Numbered from the stretch's first letter, positions 1-14,360 are shown. The stretch: DNA of 64,000 bases from Octopus vulgaris (GCA_951406725.2 OX597824.1:69936001-70000000), one strand, 5' to 3'. A program made the numbers and translations. Notes: a model not told the origin generated them from the letters alone.

Positions 1-546
1 CTTTGTTCGGCCCGAGGCTATAGCAGAAGACACTTGCCCAAGGTAAGGTTCCACGCAGTGGAACTGAACCCGGAACAATGTGGTTGGTAAGCAAGCTACT
101 TACCACACAACCTCTCCTGTGTGTGTGAGTGTCTTTCTGTTTGCTTGTCTCCAATCGCCGCTTGAGAACCGGTGTTGGTGTGTTTGTGTTCCCGTAGCTT
201 AGCGGTTTAACAAAACGGACCGATAGAATAAGTACTAGGCTTAAGAAATAATAAGTCCTAGTGTTGATTTGTTCGACAAAAGAAAATTGAAGGCTGTGCC
301 CCAGCATGGCCGCAGTCTAATGACTGAAACAAGTAAAATGTAAATATCTATCCATTCATGCATTCTTATACCCAGCCTCCCAGCCAGCCAGTCAACCATT
401 CGTCTCTCCATCTAAACCATCCGTCCGTTCATTTAGTCATCCATACATTCCGACATCCGTCCATACATCCAAATGTCTGCCCTGCCCAATTATCGTAGCT
501 TAGCCAATGCAGTCAACGAAACTCTTTGTGGAAATGAAAGATAGAA

Positions 547-589
<43 letters not shown>

Positions 590-770
590 GGGATCGTGAA
601 AGAGAGAGATTGGGGAATAGAAGGGAGAGGAACAGGGAAAGAGAGAGTAAAGGAGTTAAGTTAAATAAAGAGAAAGACACAGAGACACAATGCGATAGAG
701 GGAAAGAGAGAGTGAGAGAGAAAGAGAGGGAGAGAGAGATCAGAAATGAAATAAATGACAAGAGATCAAG

Positions 771-827
<57 letters not shown>

Positions 828-831
828 ATAG

Positions 832-862
<31 letters not shown>

Positions 863-1488
863 CAAACATATATATATACATACATATATATATATATACA
901 TACATATATATATATATATATATACATACATATATATACAAACATACATATATATACAAACATATATATATATACAAACATATATATATATACAAACATA
1001 TATATATACATACATATATATATATAGAGAGAGAGAGGGGGAGGGTGAGAGAGACAAGGGGCAGGGATAAAGAGCGGTAGAGTGGGAAGAGGGATGAGGT
1101 GGTGTACCAAGAGGAGGCGACAATCTAAAGCTAAAGCTAAAAACAAGCTCATCTATTAAAGTAAAACTCTACTGTTTCTTGTCTTTGCGCTTTGCTATTC
1201 ATGGTGTATGTTTATTGTATGTTGTACGTTTGTTGTTGCTGTTGTTGTTATGCTAGTGGTGGTGGTGATGGTGGTAGTGGTGGTGGGGACAAGTGTGGGG
1301 GGGACGGTGGTGGCCGCTGCATTCATTCGTTATTGATAAAATAATGATGAGGCTTTATGTGAAAGAGCGGGCAATATTTTTAATTCACTTAAGTCATCAT
1401 TAAGGAAAGTGGTATGGTGCTAACATAGTTCTGTCTTTGTATCGCGATAACTCATTCTCGCTCCACCTATCTCTGTCTCTTTCTTTCC

Positions 1489-1548
<60 letters not shown>

Positions 1549-1591
1549 ATATATATGTGTGTGTGTGTGGGTGTACACATATTTCTGTCTT

Positions 1592-1622
<31 letters not shown>

Positions 1623-1711
1623 TGCTTTGTCATATTCTGTCGTTGCTGCATGTTTTTGTCTTAGCATGTTTGCCTGTCTGTGCACATCGGTTTCTTCATA
1701 CACGTGTGCGC

Positions 1712-1758
<47 letters not shown>

Positions 1759-1868
1759 AGTGCGTGTGTATATTTCATTTCCCTATCTCTCCCATGCACG
1801 CTCTCTCTTCCTCTGTGTCTCTTTCCCATCCTCTTTCTCTCTCTCTCTCTCTCTCTCTCCCTCTCTCG

Positions 1869-1900
<32 letters not shown>

Positions 1901-1974
1901 ATCAATCAAAGAATCTATCTAGCTATCTAATTATCACTCTATATCTATCAATCTATCTATCTGTCTATCAACCA

Positions 1975-2058
<84 letters not shown>

Positions 2059-2123
2059 ATCTATCTCTCACTCACACTCACATACTCTCTCTCTCTCTCT
2101 CTCTCTCTCACTCTTTAAGTGTG

Positions 2124-2165
<42 letters not shown>

Positions 2166-2375
2166 TATGTGAATATATATATATATATTAGTCATCTGAT
2201 TGCGGCCTTACTAGAGCACTACTTTAAATGGTTAGTCGAAGAAATCGATCCCAGGACCTATTCTTTGTAAGCCTAGCACTTATTCTGTCGTTCTCTTTTG
2301 CCGAACCGCTAGTTATGGGGATTTAACCACACCAGCATCAGTTGTCAAGCGATGGCGGTGGGACAAACACAGATA

Positions 2376-2435
<60 letters not shown>

Positions 2436-2442
2436 GTATATA

Positions 2443-2995
2443 TTGAGGAGAGTAATAAATTTCTCGATGCAAAGCCAACGCCATGTTGACGAGGTTCTTC
2501 TGGATCGCTTCCCTGCCAAAAGAAGGTGAAATCCTGCTCTTTGAGTTTGCTGTTTGAGGGAAGTCTTGTCTCCTGTAGCCCAGCAATGTCTATGTTGAGC
2601 CTCTTTAGTTCACGGTCAATGATGGCCGTTTTCCTTGTGTCTTCAACCCTGAGTAGATCATCAGATATTCCAGGGCACATGGTCCTGACATTCCAGCTTT
2701 CCAACCGCAGGACTGGTGGTTTCTTGTCTTTTAGTTGTTTGCCTCGTGCAGAGGTTGTAGGCCGCTTTTCAAGTCATACTCTTAGCTCCAAGCACCCAAT
2801 GAAGCAGGCGGCCTGTGGCGGGTCAGCACCTTATTAACTGGGGGCTGCCCAGCTTGAGGTAACCCGTCAGAGGTAACTCGTAGCGCCCATATTTTACGCC
2901 AATCTGAATGGACTTATCACTCGTGACTGTTACCTCCCGTGTTGTTTCTGCAGCTTTTTACAGCAGCACTGAAGTGTCCTCTCCAGTTTTGCGCA
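2443..2995 (-). mobile_element. RTE-clade LINE 5' fragment (5' UTR + AP endonuclease N-terminus)
   Basis: SWNVRTM...DRELKRLNIDIAGLQETRL...FFWQG...HGVGFA. Confidence 0.85.
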
Positions 2996-3103
2996 GGCTA
3001 CACAGCCACAGCAGGAAATGTATCAGGACATGAAATGTAAAAACCGGACTAGACTATTTTATGCGCAACTCCATTGTCTCCCGAGACAAAAAGGATGCCA
3101 ACA

Positions 3104-3163
<60 letters not shown>

Positions 3164-3874
3164 GAAATATGTTACAAAAAGAAAATAGAAACTATATGTG
3201 TAAGAGGAAAATGTATAAACACACACACACGATGGGCTTCTTCCAGTTTCCGCCTACCAAATCCACTCACAAGGCTTCGGTCGGCCTGAGGTTACCGTAG
3301 AAGACAGTTGCCCAAGATGCCACTCAGTGGGACTGAACCCGAAACCATGTGGTTGGGAAGCAAGCTTTTTACCACACAACCACTCCAGATTTATGTGTAC
3401 GCACATAAATCGCTGAATTTCCTCTTGCAATGTATGCGTGCGTGTGCGTATGTGCTTATGTATGCGTGACGTGTGTGCGTGTGTGTGTGTGTGTGTCTGT
3501 GTGTCTGTGTATGTATCACGATGTGAGATATGTGAATTTCTGTATACGTATGAATGTGCATCTATGTGGCGGAGATATGCATGAGTTTGTGCGTAATGTA
3601 AGTCATTATACATGTATGTATATATGAGTGTGTATATGTGAATTTGTTGTTGTTGATGTTGTTGTTGTCTATACTCGGTGAACAGTAAATGAGCAGACCT
3701 TAAGATCAAAGGCAGTCCAACCATGACCTTCCCCTCTTTCCAAGTGCTGTAGGACAACGGCACCTAATGTGTCATGCCGTTATATGAGTTATTAGTGGAT
3801 GATTAAGGGGGAATTATGTGATTAATGGTTACCACACAGTCTTGGGAAGTTGTGAAACTGTAAATACATAGGAA

Positions 3875-4393
3875 ATGTGTGTGTGTGTGTGTGTCTTTCT
3901 CTCTGTCTCTCTATTTGTCCATGTCTGTCTGTTTGTCTTTCTCTCTATGTCTTTCTCTTTGTCGGTCTGTCTCTCTCTCATTCTCTCTCTCTCTTTCTCT
4001 CTCTCTCTTTGTCTCTCTCTGTCTTGCTCTCTCTCTCTGCTTTTCTCTCTGAGTCTCTCTCTTCTGTCTTTGTCTCTGTCTCTGCCTCCCTGTCTCTCTG
4101 CCCGTCTGTCTCTCTCTCTCTCGGTCTCTCTGTTTCTCTGTCTCTCTGTCTGTCTGTCTCTCTGTGTCTCTCTCTCTTTCTCTCTGTGTCTCTTTCTTTC
4201 TCTCTCTTTGTTTCTCTCTCTCTCTCTTGCTCTCTCTCTCAGCTTTTCTCTCTGATTCTCTCTCTTCTGTCTTTCTCTCTGTCTCTGCCTCTCTGTCTCT
4301 CTGTTCGTCTGTCAGCCTCTCTCTGTCTCTGTCTCTGTCTATCTCTCTGTGTCTCTGTCTCTCGGCCTCTCTGTTTCTCTGTCTCTCTGTCTG

Positions 4394-4455
<62 letters not shown>
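3875..4455. repeat. Degenerate (CT)n/(CTGT)n low-complexity tract; representative of dozens of microsatellites in the window
   Basis: Directly visible. Such tracts explain the poly-SL, -YI, -HT, -CV and -SIYL ORFs in the track. Confidence 0.95.
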
Positions 4456-4459
<4 letters not shown>

Positions 4460-4760
4460 TTTTACAATACATATCGCTATAGATAAGTTCAAAAAGCTTC
4501 TTCAAAATCTTCAGCATTGAAATTACAATACCAAAACACCTAAAATTCGTAAACAACCTTGACAATGGAGTATTCCTAAACTCATAAAAGTAACACCGCT
4601 GCTAAAAATCAAACGTAAAACATGCGATATGCATAAATTAACTCTAATTATCCTCCCACCATATTAAAACATCTCGTCGATGATATAAGCAGAGTAAAAA
4701 TCTCATCTTTAAACAAGGAAATAGTTCAATACAGCCGCCTTCGTTAATATGTGGTTTTAG

Positions 4761-5130
4761 TGAAAAATGAAAACAATTGCAGCGTGGAAGGTGTTTGTAA
4801 GCCATTTAAGAAATACACAAAAGCCGTTCGATTCACTTCAACATTTAAGTTTAATTTGTCAAAATATTTTCGTCGCTTTAAGACCGCGACCTGTTCACTG
4901 ACAAAAATCCGTGCTAAAAATCCGTGATGCTGCACGGATTTTTGTCAGTGAACAGGTCGCGGTCTTAAAGCGACGAAAATATTTTGACAAATTAAACTGA
5001 AATATTGAAGTGAATCGAACGGCTTTTGTGTGTTTCTTAAATGGCTTACAAACACCTTCCACGCTGCAATTGTTTTCGTTTCAGCACACGATCTCAGATC
5101 AAATCACTTGCTATGCAAGTACATCTCAGT
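4761..5130. mobile_element. Palindromic MITE / fold-back element with ~146-bp arms
   Basis: 4769-4914 is the reverse complement of 4932-5077 with few mismatches. The right side continues ~50 nt to a TA with no left counterpart. Confidence 0.85.
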
Positions 5131-7629
5131 AAAAAATGACTTTAGCGAAAATATTATAAGCATTGAACTCAGAAAAATGCATTAAACCTATCAATAGGAA
5201 AGCAATCCAGTGCAATCGTTCATACTGCGTGAAATAAATATATAGCTGAGATTGTTCTGTTCTTAATAAGCATAAACGTCTCTTAGCATTCAAGTTTCCT
5301 GTGGTGTTTAATAGCGTTACCGTAAAAATCAGCTAGTTGCAGTTATCTAGAAAATTTATATTTCCGAATCTTCCGCTATAACGAAAACTTCAGAAGTGCA
5401 ACACAACGCTTATGGAGAAATGTACTGTATTGAACAACAGTAAATATATTAAAGAGTTTTAAATGAGATTTATGGTATTAACAGAAAGCAACTTCAATAC
5501 ACTATAGTGCATATGTACTTTCATTCAAATCCAGAAGTATAATGAACATCATTGTCCGAATATATCTGGAAGCTTAAATATAGTGGAAGGATCAACGCGT
5601 CTAAGTACCACCACTCTTATCAACGTATTCCTCCGTCACAATAACATGACAATACTATCCTATCTCCTAGCTTCTCCATCATTACACTTGACACTGGCAT
5701 CATCAAATTCCCTGAAAAGAGGGGAGACGTCGCGATATTTCGTTAAGGGTTGTTTGGAGATCATCCAGAAAAGAGGCGGGCGGGTGGCGACTAAACCAGC
5801 AACCTCACCAAGCATGCTCGGTGATGATGGTGCATCTTTTACTTGAACACCCTGCAGGAGAGAAAAAAACAAAACCCGTCCAAATCCTGATTAATTCAGT
5901 AGACTCAACAGCAATCCAAATAATGCCTATGTGATAATTGCCCGTTGTTACTAACACAAGTAGAATGAAATACAGAAAACTTTTCTCTCGGCTGGTGGTT
6001 ATAAATAATAATGATGATTAACCCAAAACCATAAAGTACGATGTTGACACTTATTAGGACTGGGCCTTTCACATGGGGAGGAGAACCCTGTTAGCATGGC
6101 ACTGAATAAAAATACTGGTGGTGACAACACGTTTAAACTTTTCATGAGACAACATTATACCGAGTTGGCATCTGGTGGAGTTAAGTATATCACATGGCAA
6201 AGAAGCCCCTCGTTAGTTTTGGTTGGTAATCTTCGTAGGGATGAAGTCTCGATATAATTTCCTGGTGGTAGTGTCTTATCAAAACACTAGCCGCATCACA
6301 AGTGGGTATATCAACTAATAAGATTACAGATAAACCCAAAACTGGAAGTAGAGGCTATAGAGTTGAAGATGTCGGGATTGTTAAGCAGGGGGTGCAGAGG
6401 CAGGTCTGTGCCGGTCATCATCCAGTTTCTAGAAATAAGACTCCGAGATTAGTTAAAAGCAAATCAAATAACTCTATGACGGTACAGAATTTCAACATGC
6501 TAGAAAGACGAGAGAAGCCAGTTAAAACTACTCAGATAAAAGATACCCGCAACGAGGAGACATATTGGATAGATGAAGTAGATAATAAACTAAGAAGAAT
6601 AAAACTACAGATCGATATTGTAATCATACAGAAGATCGCTGTGAAACAAGCTAGTAAAGAAATGTTACTTTATGATCGAACCGAGTAATAACGAGTATAG
6701 GCGAAGAATGTCAGCAATTTGGAAGGAGATAGGCGTGTTTGCTGTGAAAAACAAAAACAGACAGGGCAGGCACGCACTATAAAGCATTATGGCTATCTAT
6801 AAAAACCTAGAATTAGGAGATATTAAAGAGGAAGGAGAAAACCCAACGAGGGAGAGCGATGAAGATTAAGGTAGTGTAGGTGAAGGATATACAAAGATAA
6901 AGCGTTTAAACTATCACAGTGAAGATGGTGTTGAGCTGGATAAAGATGAAATAAAGTTGAGAATGTGGTAGGACGGTCGGAATGAGAAGGAGACCGAGTT
7001 AATATAAAATATTAAACCAATTTGAACGAAATAATAATGGAAAGATTGCTAACCCCAGAGGGTATTGATAGAAATACGATAAAGCAACAAAAAAAAACGA
7101 GAGAAATCGAAAATATAGAATACATGCCAATTACTTTTCTCCTGGAGGTAAATAATGTATACAAGACTCTGGCAAAAATATTAGCAAAACGAGATTGGTT
7201 ATAGGGTATATAAATCAAGACCGCACAAAAACCTTGGTGGAAAAGACGAAGAGCGGAGAACATCGTGAATTTGAGCGGAGAAGTTAACTACAGCTCCGTA
7301 AAGAAGGTGCACTAAGGAAAGATAAGGGTTGTTAAGAAAGGAGTTACAATGTGAAGAAGGAAAAGTGAGGAATAAATGTTGAAATAATAGAAGAATTGAA
7401 GCAAAAGAATTGCAGCAAAGAAAGCTAAGATAAATCTGAATGACAAACTAGGCAAGACAAAATAGATCGAAATAAATAGAAGAGATTATTTGAGGGAGTA
7501 GAATGACATAATGATCAAGTACAGATGTAGAGAAAAGCAGCAAGTTTTAGAGTGATATACGGAGCCAGAAAGATATCTATCTCGTGGTGGCAGGTGAACA
7601 TAAGTAGATAATGAACCAAAAGGTATAAA

Positions 7630-8018
7630 TGGATGGAAGCACTCCGTCGGTTACGACGACGAGGGTTCCGGTTGATCCGATCAACGGAACAGCCTGCTCG
7701 TGAAATTAACGTGTAAGTGGCTGAGCACTCCACAGACACGTGTACCTTTAACGTAGTTCTCGGGGGATATTCAGCGTGACAAGAGAGTGACAAGGCCGGC
7801 CCTTTGAAATACAGGTACAACAGAAACAGGAAGTAAGAGTGAGAGAAAGTTGTGGTGAAAGAGTACAGCAGGGATCACCACCATCCCCTGCCGGAGCCTC
7901 GTGGAGCTTTAGGTGTTTTCGCTCAATAAACACTCACAACGCCCGGTCTGGGAATCGAAACTGCAATCCTACGACCGCGAATCCGCTGCCCTAACCACTG
8001 GGCCATTGCGCCTCCACT
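7630..8018 (-). mobile_element. tRNA-derived SINE (family C), TSD AAAAGGTATAAA
   Basis: A/B-box-like head (tggcccagtggttagg...ggtttcgattccc-type). TSD at 7618-7629 and 8019-8030. Confidence 0.9.
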
Positions 8019-8154
8019 AAAAGGTATAAAACAACAAGTCGACATAGATCACAACGGATCTTATTGCAAGACGAGCTTCCAAAGTACCTAACTGAAAGGT
8101 ACTCAAGCCAGACTGACTACAATGTTTCTTATTAAATATCACTAATACACCTAG

Positions 8155-8417
8155 GAGTGGAGGCGCGTGGCTTAGTGGTTAGGGTGTCAGCACCATGATC
8201 GTAAGATTATGGTTTCGATTCCTGGACCGTGCGATGCGTTGTGTTCTTGAGCAAAACACTTCATTTCACGTTGCTCTAGTCCACTTAGCTGGTAAAAATG
8301 GGTAACGCTGCGATGGACTGTCGTCCTATCCAGCTGGGGAACACATAGGCCACAGAAACCGGGAAACCGGGCCCATGAGCCTAGCTAGGCTTTAAAAGGG
8401 CGCATTTATTTTATTAT
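8155..8417 (+). mobile_element. tRNA-derived SINE (family C variant), TSD TAATACACCTAG
   Basis: tRNA-like head. TSD at 8143-8154 and 8418-8429. Confidence 0.9.
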
Positions 8418-8486
8418 TAATACACCTAGACCAGTACTAACTACAGCAAATTGGATGACTTTCGATAAGACAATACTTTTGAAAGA

Positions 8487-8877
8487 GTGGAGGCGCAATG
8501 GCTCAGTGGTTAGGGCAGCGGACTCGCGGTCATAGGATCGCGGTTTCGATTCCCAGACCGGGCGTTGTGAGTTTTTATTGAGCGAAAACACATAAAAGCT
8601 CCACGAGGCTCCGGCAGGGATGGTGGTGATCCCTGCTGTACTCTTTCACCACAACTTTCTCTCACTCTTACTTCCTGTTTCTGTTGTACCTGTATTTCAA
8701 AGGGCCGGCCTTGTCACTCTCTGTGTCACGCTGAATATCCCCGAGAACTACGTTAAGGGTACACGTGTCTGTGGAGTGCTCAGCCACTTACACGTTAATT
8801 TCACGAGCAGGCTGTTCCGTTGATTCGGATCAACCGGAACCCTCATCGTCGTAACCGACGGAATGCTTCCTTACTTA
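8487..8877 (+). mobile_element. tRNA-derived SINE (family C), TSD TGAAAGA
   Basis: Near-identical to the reverse complement of 7630-8018. Confidence 0.9.
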
Positions 8878-9011
8878 TGAAAGAGAAACCGAAAAGTGCT
8901 TCGCTCTCAAACAACAGATCGATCAAAAGAAAGTTGTTAATGAATATGTTGACGAATAAGAGATTTATGCTCATATAGAGGAAGATAATCTATTCCCTAA
9001 AGAACAGAAAG

Positions 9012-9293
9012 TTGTTTGTTCCTTCTCGATCCACGCCTGGCTCATAGGGCCGGTTTCCCGGTTTCCTAGGCGTATAGGTTCCTCACCTGGTCGGGACGCC
9101 GGTCCGTCGCAGGTGAGCTGCAAGAGGAAAGAGTTAGAGAAAGTTGTGGCAAAAGAGTCAGCAGAAGTTCGCCATTACCTTCTCCCGGAGCTGCGTGGAG
9201 CTTAGGTGTTTCGCTCATAAACGCACACATCGCCCGGTCTGAGATTCGAACCCGCGAGTCCGCTGCTCTAACCACTAGGCCATGTGCCTCCAC
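9012..9293 (-). mobile_element. tRNA-derived SINE (family C variant), TSD AAAGAACAGAAAG
   Basis: TSD at 8999-9011 and 9294-9306. Confidence 0.9.
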
Positions 9294-11695
9294 AAAGAAC
9301 AGAAAGAGTGTCGTAGAAATTCATGAAGAATAAAAAGAATAACTAATAATTGACAATATTATTTTCGGTAACTGCAAGAGAAGATGGATTGGCGGCTCAA
9401 TAGGATGGATCGATTACAAAATGGTTTTTGACATGGTCCCTTATTTTTGAATATTGAAATTCAAAAATTATCGAAATTACTAATAACATCACAACTGACA
9501 CGAGTTTGTGTAGGAAATTTGGAAACGGAACTACAAGCGAGTGGAACTTGGAGAAGTCAAAACAGACCGGGATATCTTCCAGGTTGATAGCTTATCACCT
9601 CTAGTGCCTGTCGTTGTTTTATCCCTTCTCTCTCTCTAGAACTAGAAATGTAAAAATAGGACAGTTTTAAAAGCAAAAGACTGGGAAATAGTTATTCATT
9701 TGCAGTTCATTGATGATCTAAAGTTATTCAGGAAGAATAAGAGGGAATTGGAAGGTCCTGTAGACACTGAGATTGTTTAGCAATGACATCAAAATGGAAT
9801 TTAGCTATTTCTAAGTGCGCAACCCTTTGGAGAAATGGATAATCCATAGAAGTGAGGAAATAACTCTACCGGGAGAAGAGAAAATACGGGAGACTAGTAC
9901 AGATGATGACTGTAAATATCTAGATTTCTTGGAAGCTGATGGCATAAAGAATAAAACAATAAAGGATTAACTCAAATAAGAATATTTCCAAAGAGTAAGA
10001 ACAATACTAAAATGGTATAGATACCATCTAGATATCGTCACTCCCTTAAACTCAAGAGCCGTACTTATCACTAAATACTGTGTCTGGACAATCAAAAAAA
10101 CAAAGAAGACTTTGAGAAGGTGCATAGATAAATGAATTGCTGACAATCTAACGGCCCCGACGCCCATAGGGTGATGTTGACAGACTGTATTTCATCGAAA
10201 AAAGTGGAAGAAGGGGATTCATAAGAGTATAATTCTGTATGGAAGTAGAAGTAGAGAGGTTAAGGAATTAGGTTTCTGACGAAGAGACGTTTTTGATTGT
10301 AGTATGAAAAAGGGATATGTTTGATGAAGGATAAGAAAAAGTGAAGATCTTGGCAACGATATGAAGAGAGAGGTTTCCATGGCAAGATTTAATTTTTTTT
10401 TTTTTTTTTCAATTATTGAAGGTATAGAGATCAGAAGTTATTTCACAGGTTAAAGATGGAACTTAGATATAGAGATAGAGCTCCATTTTATCTGCGCATG
10501 ACCAAACAATTAGAACAAGATGCAACAATAAGAGTATAGACAAGGAAATCGAAATGGCTAAATGCAAGAATTTGTGGGGAAAGAGAAGACATAAGTATGC
10601 ATTTAGTCTGTAAAATGCATGCTCAGAGGGTCCATAAGAAGTAGAGATAGGGGACGGTTGCTACAATAGAACTTTGGTAAATTAATAAAACTATGAAATT
10701 GAGTATGTGGGGAAACAGTATGACCGCAAAGCAGAACCCATCTTTGAAAAACTCCCTGTGAAAAGGGCTATGGGATATGAAGCTTCAAATAAATAAGCAT
10801 TTAGAATATTCACAACAGTATATAGTTGTACTCAATACGGAAGAAAGAGCATGTTGCTTGATCGATGTTGCATGCCTATTTGCCACAAGAGTAAGCAGAA
10901 AATGAATGTGATGAGACTGCAAAATAACAGGGTCGAAAATAGCATCCTCAAATAATTTAATCTGGAATTGCCGTAAAGTTGTCATTGTCGCACTTGTAAT
11001 AGGAACCTTAGGAACATTTGCAAGAAATTTGAATGGCTAGTTGGGGATAGTCAGAAAGCCATTTTGATTGGCGTACCAAGGACAATAAGAAAGCTTGACA
11101 TTGAGCAGGACAACAATGAAATGTTGGGCCCACTTTTCCTTTTCATTCGTCCCCTCTTCGTGCTCGTCCCCATATTCCTCTTCTTCTTCTTCTCCTTTCC
11201 CTTCTACGTTTCTACCCTCTTCATCCTATTTTCCTCTACTACTCCATCTCCTACCCTCCTTCTCCTCCTCCTCCAACACTTCTTCCGCTTCATCTTCCCT
11301 TGTCTTTTGGTTCTTTCCGGGTCAATAAAATAAAGTACCAGTCAAGTACTGAGGTCGGCGTGTAATCGACTATCCCCCCCACCTCGTCCCCCTCCCCACC
11401 AACGTTGCTGACCTTGTGCCAAAATTTGAAACAATTATTATTGTTGTTGTTGTTGTTATTGTTGCTGCTGTTGCTCCTTTCAAGACTGTTATTGTTGTTA
11501 TTAAAGTCACTTATGAGCGAATAAATGACATTTATTGTTCTTTTTGTTCACACAACACTTGTTCAAGGTTAAACACAGTACTAAATGACAACAATAACAA
11601 CAACAACAACAACAACATCATAATTAGACAATAGGAAAACAATAACAAAAAATGACAAAACGAAACAAACACACACACATACACACACACACATA

Positions 11696-11738
<43 letters not shown>

Positions 11739-11980
11739 CAATAACAACAACTAAGGCAAAAAACAAGAATCTTAAAAAGCAAAATAAAAAAAAAGACCCT
11801 CTGAAACGGATCTTTCAGGAGATTCTCCTCACCCTACCACTCCTATAATTGCAAGCTCCTATCATCATCTGTATGAAGGCAATTTGGAGGAGAGGAGGGT
11901 GGTGTATGATAGTGGAGTGGGGGGATTTTCTTCCTGTCGTTAAACGTACATTATCTCAAGTTTACTGTACTTACCTTACC

Positions 11981-12083
<103 letters not shown>

Positions 12084-12175
12084 GCACGCGCGCGCGCATA
12101 AAATTTATGTATGTGTGTGTAAAAATAAATACATAAATGTAAAAAAATTATGTATGTATATATACATATACATAG

Positions 12176-12223
<48 letters not shown>

Positions 12224-13006
12224 GCGCGCGTGCGTAAACATAAGCAAACTCACGCACGTACGCACACACATACACATACACGCACACACACACACACATA
12301 CATATATAGTGAGTCAGGGTATATAACATGAAACACTTCCACCGACATCGGCTATCAGAAAATTGAAAATTGATGCTCTCTTCTCTAGTATTCGAATCAT
12401 CCAAAAATTCACAAATGCATTATGTATGATGACAACTGGATTTACTGGGACTTACTGGGTCAGTTTAATGCTTTGTTTGCAATCGTTTCATCATACTTCA
12501 GTTAAACCAATCTTGCGCTATGCTGTAACCATTTCAGCAACTATTGACTGATTTTCATGTCCTACGTAACATTTCCTTTATAACGCATATTGAACATGGA
12601 TTAAATCCACAGCACAAATACATGTTGTTTTTCAATTTTTGAATCAAATCTTTCATACTCTCTAATTTAAAGGAGCCCCCGCTGGTTGGGAGCCCCCGAG
12701 CTTGGAGGACATGTTAAGAATGTTGACCCATACATAAATTTGACCCTGTTAGCAGATCCTCGGTTTCCTGTTGTATGTAATTGAGTGATTTTGTTCTCTA
12801 TAGTGCAGTGCAGAAGTGATCAAACGATGACATCCGATATGACCTTTTGTTCTGCACCATAACAGTTGGCAACAAAGTCTAAAATTACATTGAGCTACGA
12901 TAGTAGAGATAATTAATAATGTGTTTATAAATTTCCTCTCTGGTTGTCCTCACACCATTAGATATTTTGGGTCCTTATGAGAAGCCTAGTCTACAAATCA
13001 TTAACA

Positions 13007-13170
13007 GAGGCGTAGGAGTGGCTGTCTGGGATGTAGCTTGCTTACGAACCACATGGTTCCGGGTTCAGTCCCACTGCGTGGCACCTTGGGCAAGTGTCTT
13101 CTACTATAGCCTCGGTCCGACCAAAGCCTTGTGAGTGGATTTGGTAGACGGAAACTGAAAGAAGCCCTTC

Positions 13171-13213
<43 letters not shown>

Positions 13214-13428
13214 TGAGTGTTTGTGTGTCTGTGTTTGTCTCCCCAACATCGCTTGACAACTGATGCTAGTGTGTTTAGGTCACCGTAACTTAGTGGTTCG
13301 GCAAAAGATACCGATAGAATAAGTACTAGGCTTACAAAGAATAAGTCCTGGGTGTCGATTTGCTCGACTAAAGGCGGTGCTCCAGCATGGCCGCAGTCAA
13401 ATGATTGAAACAAGTAAAAGAGTAAAGA
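13007..13428 (+). mobile_element. SINE family A (tRNA-like head, internal TA/TG microsatellite, conserved tail); representative copy
   Basis: Head ggttccgggttcagtccc...ggcaccttgggcaagtgtctt; tail ...ccagcatggccgcagtcaaatga(c/t)tgaaacaagtaaaagag. Other full or partial copies lie near 1-337, 2190-3385, 13468-13880, 16128-17057, 19855-20058, 28862-29673, 31439-31813, 42980-43195, 52350-52765, 56145-56370 and 60390-60580. Confidence 0.9.
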
Positions 13429-14360
13429 GAGGTCTTGAAACTCTTTCCTTGTTGTGTGTATCTGCGCAGGCATTGCTGTGTGGTTAAGAATTTCGATTTG
13501 CAACGATATGGTTTCAGGTTCAGACCCTTGAGCAAGTGTTTCCTATCATAGCCCCCACCACCCGGAGCCGAACATTGCACGGGAACCGTGTGAAAGCTTA
13601 TTGTGTGTATGCATGTGAATGTGCATGTGTATTTGTGTATGTGTGTGCATACGCGCGTGATGAGTGTGTGCATCTTTCTCTTCGCTTTTTCCCGGCCCCA
13701 GAGCTTGACAACCGGTTTGTGTCTGTTTACGTCTCCATAGGTTAACAGTCTTGTGAGGGAGCTCAAAGGAATGGAAGTACGAGACTTAGAAATAAATCTT
13801 GGGGTCGAATTTATTAGACTAAACCCATCTAAGGCGCATGCCCAGTAATGGCCGCAATTCAATGATTGAAAGATAAAAAAAACAAGGTTTGCTGTGATGG
13901 TCATGACTGGAAACATCTTTTTCATACAACTGCTCTATCACAGCTGGCTTGCAATTTGACACCACCAACAGTAGCTTCTGCCTTTTCGCTTTGCCTAATA
14001 GAAATAGCAGCTAAAACTACCTCAGTCATATTCAATTCTATTTTTAAACGAGAAACAAGACGAGCAGAATATTCGTGGATATGTACAAAAAAAAAAGACA
14101 GGGTGGCTACGTCTGGAATGTCTTTAACCATAAATCTACTGGATCAGGACTCAGCTGGGACCAAACACTAACAACAACACTAACAACATTAACTGTTTTA
14201 AATCTTTACCTCTTATTAACACCATCACTCTCCCTTCTCCTCTTCCTCCTCCTCCATCACCATCAACAACACCACCAACACCAACACCAACACCACTATA
14301 AGCACCGTCACCAATACTCCCCCACACTAACATAATTACTACTACTACTACTACAACTAT

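Larger units (their letters stand above)
6300..11090 (+). mobile_element. Heavily decayed R4/Dong-like (RLE-type) non-LTR retrotransposon interrupted by four SINEs
   Basis: Broken-frame motifs occur in order: KPWWKRR, NLFPKEQK, WIDYKMVFDMVP, GIFQVDSLSPL, HLQFIDDLKLF, DIKMEF, KYLDFLE, KEYFQRVRTILK, DVDRLY, IDVAC, VIGTLG. Boundaries are approximate. Confidence 0.75.

Noticed and set aside
8487-8560. tRNA-like sequences at SINE heads
   Set aside because: They continue into SINE bodies with TSDs and are not tRNA genes.
12474-12508. CTGAAGT-ATGAT-GAAACG on the minus strand
   Set aside because: There is no stem II and the core is imperfect; likely chance.
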